From Burkholderiaceae bacterium (GTDB lineage: Bacteria; Pseudomonadota; Gammaproteobacteria; Burkholderiales; Burkholderiaceae_A), in the NCBI GenBank assembly GCA_049421125.1, contig JBMSML010000001.1:1-61924 (forward strand): a stretch of DNA of 61,924 bases. The letters are read 5' to 3'. The position numbers were made by a program, and so were the translations under genes. A model generated the notes under the pieces. That model did not search any database. It saw nothing but the letters and a program-made list of their open reading frames with translations, and had not been told where the DNA came from. Of this stretch, positions 54,297 to 61,924 are shown one piece after another; position 1 is the first letter of the stretch, and each line of letters begins with the position of its first letter.

Positions 54297-54986
54297 CTAC
54301 GAACCCGGCGTGTCCTCGTCGGGAAGATCCGTTAACGCGGCCGCGCTCATCAGGGCCAGCACGCACAGACAGAACAGGGTTTCCAGAACCACATAACGTG
54401 CGCTCATTGGCGCCGCCCAGGTGCGTGGTTTTAACCGGAATGCGAACCCGAGCGTTAGGATCGCTGCGACCCACAGGCCCCACACGGGTTGTGGCCAGAC
54501 TCCAAAATACGCGATCGGCGATAGGCCAATGGCCAGGCTCAGCAGGCGCGCACTGCCGGAGGCCGCGGGCAGTCCCACCACCGGGTCGCGCCGTGCACTG
54601 AGCGTGGCGGCACGGGCCCAGGTGATGCTGCAGATCAGGGTGACGGGGATCCATTCCAAATCGATCTCGGAGACCAGTTCGACTTTCAACAGCGTGAGCA
54701 TGCCCATGACGAGCGCCGAGGAGGCCTTCAGGGGCTGGTGCCAACGGATCACGGTGGCGCGTGGAAACGAGACGATCAACCCCAGGCCCAGGGCAATGAA
54801 CAGGGCGACGCGCGCCGGCAGCAGCAGGCTGCCCAACAGGAAGATCAGTGCGATTCCGATGCCCAGCAGGGCACCCGCCACGCTGCTGGCCACGATATCC
54901 AATGAGGCGGAATCCGACGCCCCGGCATCGGCGCTGCGCAACGGCCAGGGGGTGTGGCGTAAAACAGCGAAGAGAAAAGTTTTCAC
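54297..54986 (-). CDS. Membrane protein, possibly a degenerate CobS (cobalamin-5'-phosphate synthase)-like
   Basis: Multi-TM. The N-terminus (FLFAVLRHTPWP), GALLG, LLK and late E pattern recall CobS, but the HxDG/KD motifs are absent. Confidence 0.45.
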   Translation of the reverse strand: MKTFLFAVLRHTPWPLRSADAGASDSASLDIVASSVAGALLGIGIALIFLLGSLLLPARVALFIALGLGLIVSFPRATVIRWHQPLKASSALVMGMLTLLKVELVSEIDLEWIPVTLICSITWARAATLSARRDPVVGLPAASGSARLLSLAIGLSPIAYFGVWPQPVWGLWVAAILTLGFAFRLKPRTWAAPMSARYVVLETLFCLCVLALMSAAALTDLPDEDTPGS

Positions 54987-55022
54987 AAAAAGCGCGGGTG
55001 CTTACAATGCGGCGAAGTGTAG

Positions 55023-56653
<1,631 letters not shown>

Positions 56654-56685
56654 GAACCACTAGAGAGACACGGATTGCCAGATCG

Positions 56686-57306
56686 ATGGACGCTGCAGCA
56701 GAACACGTAGAACCCACCGCAGCCCCTGGCCGTAAACGGCCAAAGCCAGGTGAACGGCGACTTCAGATTCTTCAGACCATTGCGGCCATGTTGCAAGAGG
56801 GGGCCGCCGAAAAGGTCACCACTGCGGCGTTGGCGGCCAAGCTCTCGCTGTCGGAAGCCGCCCTGTACCGTCACTTCGCGAGCAAGGCCCAGATGTTCGA
56901 GGGGCTGCTGGATTTCATTGAAGAAACCGTATTTTCGCTGATCAATCAGATCGAATCCCGCAGCACGCCCGCTGCGGTAAAGGCCCGTGAAATCGTGCTG
57001 ATGCTGTTGAACTTTGCCGAGAAAAATCCCGGCATGACCCGGGTGCTGATTGGCGATGCGATCGTCAATGAAGATGCCCGACTGCAGACCCGCGTGAATC
57101 AGTTGCTCGAGCGCGTGGAGGCCTCACTGCGTCAGTGCGCGCGCCTGCACTCGGCCGAGGCCCATGTGGCGGCGTCTGATCCAACTCTGCAGTCCAGTCT
57201 TGCCATGGCCTACGTGCAGGGGCGTTGGCTGCAATTTGCAAAATCTGGCTTCAAGAAGCGTCCGTCCGAGTCGGCGGATTCGACCGTCAAACTGCTGTTT
57301 TCCTAG
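56686..57306 (+). CDS. slmA: Nucleoid occlusion factor SlmA (TetR family)
   Basis: TTAALAA.L..SEAALYRHF.SKA.MFEGL..FIE, NPG.TR.L.G. Confidence 0.9.
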   Translation: MDAAAEHVEPTAAPGRKRPKPGERRLQILQTIAAMLQEGAAEKVTTAALAAKLSLSEAALYRHFASKAQMFEGLLDFIEETVFSLINQIESRSTPAAVKAREIVLMLLNFAEKNPGMTRVLIGDAIVNEDARLQTRVNQLLERVEASLRQCARLHSAEAHVAASDPTLQSSLAMAYVQGRWLQFAKSGFKKRPSESADSTVKLLFS

Positions 57307-57327
57307 GCCCTCAGTACCTCGACTCGT

Positions 57328-58080
57328 TCAGGATCCACACACGGGGCAGGCATGGTTTTTCGACACCGTGAGCTGCTGCCAGGTGTTGCTGCGCATATCG
57401 AACAGGGATAGCTTCTGTGCCTGCCGCGGTGCATCGGGTGTCGCGATCATGACCTTAAGCGCCTCGGCGGCCTGCAGGCAGCCCATCGCCCCCACCATGG
57501 GGGCCAGCACCCCGTAGGCACCGCAGGCATGGGCATCGGGCTGCGATTCCGGATCAAAAACGCACGCATAGCAGGCCTGGTCCGATCGGCGTAGATCCAT
57601 TGTCAAGAGCTGTCCCGACCACTCGATGGCCGCTGCGCTGACCAGTGGCACCTGATGACGTACGCACACGGCATTGATCAACTGTCGAATGGCCCATTGA
57701 TCGGTGCAATCCAACACCACCGAGGCACCGGGAATGCTCTGTTCGAGCAGGGCCTCATCGGCATAGGCCGGGGTAGTGGAAATCCGTGCCTCCGGGTGAA
57801 GCCGATGCAGTGCACGGGCGCCGGCCAGCACTTTGGAGATGCCGATATCGTCCGGTCCGAACAGCGTCTGGCGCGCGAGGTTGGTGGCATCGACTGTATC
57901 GCCATCGATCCATGCCACCTGACCCAGCCCACTGCTGACGAGATACGTGACCGCCGGGCACCCCAGACCGCCGGCACCAATGACCACCGCTCGGGCCTGC
58001 GAGACGCGATGCACCCCCTCGTCATCAAATCCGTTGAGCAGAGCGTGACGACTGTGACGAAGGGTATGAAGATCAACCAC
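57328..58080 (-). CDS. HesA/MoeB/ThiF family adenylyltransferase
   Basis: GAGGLG, NLARQ, DCTD, CYAC, catalytic-loop C, CPVC; GTG start overlapping the ctpA stop. Confidence 0.9.
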   Translation of the reverse strand: MVDLHTLRHSRHALLNGFDDEGVHRVSQARAVVIGAGGLGCPAVTYLVSSGLGQVAWIDGDTVDATNLARQTLFGPDDIGISKVLAGARALHRLHPEARISTTPAYADEALLEQSIPGASVVLDCTDQWAIRQLINAVCVRHQVPLVSAAAIEWSGQLLTMDLRRSDQACYACVFDPESQPDAHACGAYGVLAPMVGAMGCLQAAEALKVMIATPDAPRQAQKLSLFDMRSNTWQQLTVSKNHACPVCGS

Positions 58081-59485
58081 TTTCAGGGCGTGGGGACGTC
58101 GCGACCGGTTTGCCTTTGAGGTGATTGACCGCCTGCTGCAATTGATAATCGTCGGCACTTCCGAATTCAATCGGCTTGGCTTCTTTTTGTTCGGCCGCAC
58201 CGCCATTTTTCGAATCGGACTTCGCGTTGGATTTTGCTTTTTCAGGTGCGCTGGGTTTGGCCTTATTGCTGTCCGTGCCCGAGAGATGGCGGTTTAAATC
58301 GGCTTCGCGAACACGCAGGCGATCCATCACGGATCCATCGGCCGTTTCCTCGACCCAGAAATCCGGTGTGATGCCCTTGGCCTGAATGGACTGGCCTTTG
58401 GGCGTGAAATAGCGGGCCGTGGTGAGCTTGATGGCCGTGTTGGACGTGAGCGGCAGGATGGTCTGCACGGACCCCTTCCCGAAGCTCTGCGTGCCGAGTA
58501 TCTTGGCGCGATTGTGGTCCTGCATGGCGCCTGCCACAATTTCCGAGGCCGATGCGGAACCGCTGTTGACCAACACCACCATGGGAACAGTCTTCGCTTG
58601 CGCCGAGAGTTTGGCCAACGGATCGTCACGGCCGCGGTGATAGTCGGTCACGGTGGCAAAGTATTTGCGCTTGGCGTCCTCTTGGCGCCCATCGGTGGAC
58701 ACCACCAGGGTCTTTTCGGGCAAGAAGGCAGCGGACACGCCGATCGCACCGTTGAGCAGGCCGCCGGGATCATTACGCAGATCTAAGACCAGCGCCTTCA
58801 TGTTGCCTTTATCGGCCAACTGATTGAAATGCTTGACCAGATTCTCGACGGTGTGTTCCTGAAACTGTGTGATGCGAATGTAACCAAACCCCGGCTCCAG
58901 CATTTTGGAGCGTACGCTCTGAATCTGAATGACGTCACGCACGATGGTGAACACCAGGGGTTTGGTCGCGCCTTTGCGGCTCACCGTGAGCGTGACCGAT
59001 GTTTTGGGCTTGCCCCGCATCAGCTTTACGGCATCGTTTAAGGGTATGCCTTTGGTGGCTTTGTCATCGATCTTGATGATCAAGTCACCGGCCTTGACCC
59101 CGGCTTTTTCGGCGGGCGTGCCTTCAATGGGTGAGACCACACGCACGAACCCGTCCTCGGTGCCCACTTCCAATCCAAGGCCACCGAACTCCCCTTGCGT
59201 GCCGACTTGCAGTTCTTTAAAGGCATCCGCATCGAGGTAAGCAGAGTGCGGATCAAGGCCGGTCAGCATGCCGCTGATGGCCTCGGTGATCAGTTTTTTG
59301 TCCTCGACCGGCTCTACATAGTTGGACTTGATGGCGCCGTAAACGTCGGCAAATTGCCGAAGCTCATCGATCGGCAGGCTGAGTTTGGCATCGCGCTGCG
59401 CAACCGCGTTAATGCCCAGGCTGACCAGCACGCCGCTGACCAGTCCAATGGAAATCCATCCGGTGATTTGCAGTTTTTTTGACAT
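58073..59485 (-). CDS. ctpA: S41 family carboxyl-terminal processing protease
   Basis: LDPHS, PDZ GGLG, DLRNDPGG, SASASE, GKGSVQ. Confidence 0.93.
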   Translation of the reverse strand: MSKKLQITGWISIGLVSGVLVSLGINAVAQRDAKLSLPIDELRQFADVYGAIKSNYVEPVEDKKLITEAISGMLTGLDPHSAYLDADAFKELQVGTQGEFGGLGLEVGTEDGFVRVVSPIEGTPAEKAGVKAGDLIIKIDDKATKGIPLNDAVKLMRGKPKTSVTLTVSRKGATKPLVFTIVRDVIQIQSVRSKMLEPGFGYIRITQFQEHTVENLVKHFNQLADKGNMKALVLDLRNDPGGLLNGAIGVSAAFLPEKTLVVSTDGRQEDAKRKYFATVTDYHRGRDDPLAKLSAQAKTVPMVVLVNSGSASASEIVAGAMQDHNRAKILGTQSFGKGSVQTILPLTSNTAIKLTTARYFTPKGQSIQAKGITPDFWVEETADGSVMDRLRVREADLNRHLSGTDSNKAKPSAPEKAKSNAKSDSKNGGAAEQKEAKPIEFGSADDYQLQQAVNHLKGKPVATSPRPESG

Positions 59486-59505
59486 GACACGAGTGTAGGG
59501 GTTAA

Positions 59506-60267
59506 TCAGGCGGTTTTGGCCTTTCCCTGATTGGCCACGGCGGTTATCGCCGCCTCAATCACCGATGGGTCGGCCAGGTAACGGCGGTCGATGAACCGAA
59601 GCTGATCGTCTAACCGGATCTCCAAGGGCTGGGCCGTGGGGATGTTCAAGGCGATGATCGCCTCTTCGGACAGGCCCTCTAGGTATTTGATCAATGCCCG
59701 GATCGAGTTGCCATGGGCGGCCATCAAGAGCTTTTTGCCGGCACGCAGATCCGGTGCAATGGCGCTCTCCCACAAGGGAATCACCCGCTCAATCGTGTCT
59801 TTCAAGCACTCCGTGGCGGGCAGTAGCGTCCGATCGATTCCGGCATAACGGGGGTCCCGGGCCACCCAGAAGGGGTGATCGGGCGTCATGGCCTCAGGCC
59901 GAATGTCATAGGAGCGCCGCCATTTGAGCACCTCGGCCTCGCCGAACTTCGCCGCCGTTTCCGCCTTGTTCAGTCCGCTCAGGGCACCGTAGTGACGTTC
60001 GTTCAGACGCCACTCCTTGCGCACCGGAATCCACATCTGGTCCAGGCTATCCAGGGTGGTCCACAGCGTGCGAATGGCCCGCTTGAGCACCGAGGTGTAG
60101 GCCAGATCAAAACGGTAGCCTTGGGACTTCAGAAGCTCACCGGCGGCCCGGGCCTCGCGCAGGCCTTGTTCGGTCAGATCCACATCGACCCAGCCGGTGA
60201 AACGGTTTTCGAGGTTCCATTGGCTCTGGCCATGGCGCAGTAATACGATGGAAAAGGTTTTGCTCAT
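59506..60267 (-). CDS. gpmA: 2,3-BPG-dependent phosphoglycerate mutase
   Basis: [26 protein letters not shown]. Confidence 0.96.
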   Translation of the reverse strand: MSKTFSIVLLRHGQSQWNLENRFTGWVDVDLTEQGLREARAAGELLKSQGYRFDLAYTSVLKRAIRTLWTTLDSLDQMWIPVRKEWRLNERHYGALSGLNKAETAAKFGEAEVLKWRRSYDIRPEAMTPDHPFWVARDPRYAGIDRTLLPATECLKDTIERVIPLWESAIAPDLRAGKKLLMAAHGNSIRALIKYLEGLSEEAIIALNIPTAQPLEIRLDDQLRFIDRRYLADPSVIEAAITAVANQGKAKTA

Positions 60268-60369
60268 ACCCGCCATTCTATAATTTGCGCCATATCCCAT
60301 TGAGGGTTGCGGCCGGTAGACATCCGGTGGACCAGGTGGCCTTCACATCACTTCGATTGCGAGGATTGC

Positions 60370-60798
60370 GTGCAGTTTTTTATCGACAACTTCATTTTGC
60401 TGGCCGCTGCGTTTTTAAGCGGCGCCTTACTGATGTGGCCGCTGGTCACGCGGGGCACCGGTGCGGCCATGATCAACACCCTGGGCGCGACCCAGTTGCT
60501 CAACACCAAAGACGCTGTTTTGGTGGACCTGCGCGAGACCAAAGAGACTGCCAAAGGCATGGCGCCCCAGGCACTGCACATGCCACTGAGCACACTGCCT
60601 TCCCAGATCGAGGATCTGAAAAAGCGCCTCGCCAACGGCAAAGAACAGGCGCCGGTCATTCTGATGTGCCAAAGCGGATGGCGAGGGTCGAAGGCGGGTC
60701 GGATGCTCAAGAAAGCGGGCGTTCAATCGGTCTATAACCTCGAAGGCGGTTTCGATGCCTGGCAACAGGCCGGCCTGCCCGTGGCCAAGCGCAGCTAG
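60370..60798 (+). CDS. Rhodanese-like domain protein (YibN-like)
   Basis: N-terminal TM, DLRE, CQSGWRG active loop, LEGGFDAW; GTG start with SD GAGG. Confidence 0.88.
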   Translation: MQFFIDNFILLAAAFLSGALLMWPLVTRGTGAAMINTLGATQLLNTKDAVLVDLRETKETAKGMAPQALHMPLSTLPSQIEDLKKRLANGKEQAPVILMCQSGWRGSKAGRMLKKAGVQSVYNLEGGFDAWQQAGLPVAKRS

Positions 60799-60804
60799 GA
60801 GAAC

Positions 60805-61068
60805 ATGACCATGGCGAAAGTCGTGATGTACAGCACCGCCGTCTGCCCGTATTGTCAGCGGGCAGAGATGCTGCTCAAAAGCAAGGGCGTGACCGAGATC
60901 GAAAAAATACGCATTGATCTGGATCCGGCGCAACGCGACCTCATGATGCAGAAGACCGGCCGTCGCACCGTGCCCCAGATTTTTATTGGCGATCGTCATG
61001 TGGGTGGTTTTGATGATCTTGCCACCTTGGATCGCGATGGCGGCCTCGTGCCTCTGCTGTCGGCCTAA
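60805..61068 (+). CDS. grxC: Glutaredoxin 3
   Basis: CPYC, TVPQIFI, GGFDD. Confidence 0.95.
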   Translation: MTMAKVVMYSTAVCPYCQRAEMLLKSKGVTEIEKIRIDLDPAQRDLMMQKTGRRTVPQIFIGDRHVGGFDDLATLDRDGGLVPLLSA

Positions 61069-61098
61069 GCCTCACCCCCCTCAATTAGAAAGCATGTC

Positions 61099-61608
61099 AT
61101 GACCGATCACAATAACGCTGCAGCTACGGCATCGTCCGGCCCACAATTTAATCTGCAACGTGTCTACCTCAAAGACATGTCCTTAGAAATTCCGGACGCG
61201 CCGTCCGTCTTTCTCGATAACGCCGAGCCGCGTTTGGAGTTTCAGATCGATGCCCAGGATAAAACCCTGCAGGCGGGGCTCTACGAAGTGGCAGTGCGCT
61301 GCACCGTCACCTGCCGACTCGGAGACAAAATCGGATTTTTGGTGGAAGGCACCCAGGCCGGAATTTTTGAGATCGCGGGTGTTCCGGATGATCAATTAGC
61401 ACTCTTAAAAGGCATCTCCTGCCCGAGCATCATCTATCCTTATCTGCGGGCCAACATTGCCGATGTGATTCAACGCGCGAGTTTCCCGCCCGTCCATCTG
61501 GCCGAGCTCAATTGGGAGGCGTTTTATCAACAACGTCTGGCCCAGGGGGCTGCCCAAAGCGGCAGTGCCGGTGCGCCGGAAAGCGGACTGATTCTTCCCA
61601 CGCAATAA
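61099..61608 (+). CDS. secB: Protein export chaperone SecB
   Basis: QRVYLKDMSLE, QAGIF, CPSIIYPYLR, FPP. Confidence 0.95.
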   Translation: MTDHNNAAATASSGPQFNLQRVYLKDMSLEIPDAPSVFLDNAEPRLEFQIDAQDKTLQAGLYEVAVRCTVTCRLGDKIGFLVEGTQAGIFEIAGVPDDQLALLKGISCPSIIYPYLRANIADVIQRASFPPVHLAELNWEAFYQQRLAQGAAQSGSAGAPESGLILPTQ

Positions 61609-61623
61609 CGTTTATTCATCCCC

Positions 61624-61924
61624 ATGACACCGTCTATTCTGGTGATGGGAGCAGGTGCCTGGGGCACCGCCTTGGCGGTGCACTTTGCCAAACGTGCGGC
61701 GCCATCGAGGGTGGCGCTCTGGGGGCGTGATGCGCAACAGATGCAGCACATGGCCGACCAACGCGAAAACAGTCAGTATCTGCCCGGTGTTCGGCTGCCC
61801 GATGCATTGGGCGTGACGGCCGATCTCGATGCCGCGGGCCGTCAATGGCGTGCATCATCGACATCCAATGTCACAGCACCACAGGGCATTCGGGCGCTGG
61901 TGGTATTGGCCACTCCAATGGCGG
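61624..61924 (+). CDS. gpsA: NAD(P)H-dependent glycerol-3-phosphate dehydrogenase; 3' end runs off the window
   Basis: MTPSILVMGAGAWGTALA..LWGR..REN.QYLPG; follows secB. Confidence 0.9.
   Translation, partial: MTPSILVMGAGAWGTALAVHFAKRAAPSRVALWGRDAQQMQHMADQRENSQYLPGVRLPDALGVTADLDAAGRQWRASSTSNVTAPQGIRALVVLATPMA

Overview
A 61.9-kb core chromosomal segment of a Betaproteobacterium (Burkholderiales-like gene order and proteins), densely coding and GC-rich, with about 55 housekeeping genes. I saw no tRNA, rRNA, IS, prophage or CRISPR. It holds: truncated gshA; a sigma54/NtrC-type porin-glnK-amtB nitrogen operon; ubiK-comM; metH; gatCAB; mreBCD-mrdA-rodA; aceK; glmUS; ubiB; ttcA; folB; cca; slt; metK-ahcY-metF; two lipid A-type acyltransferases; dapF-xerC; cobW-dksA; argB-slmA; ctpA; gpmA; grxC-secB-gpsA. 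The most interesting signals are non-coding. (1) A candidate amtB 3'-UTR-derived sRNA with two anti-Shine-Dalgarno motifs flanking a GcvB-R1-like GU seed. (2) A regulatory leader on each methionine-cycle unit: a SAM-II-type riboswitch before metK, an SAH riboswitch before ahcY, and an unexplained terminator-like leader before metH. (3) Many apparently leaderless genes and overlapping bidirectional -10 elements. Protein-level oddities are a CobS-like protein lacking the catalytic loop, a CCA enzyme with a degenerate HD domain, and a one-cysteine DksA. All calls come from reading motifs by eye; no database search or folding program was run.
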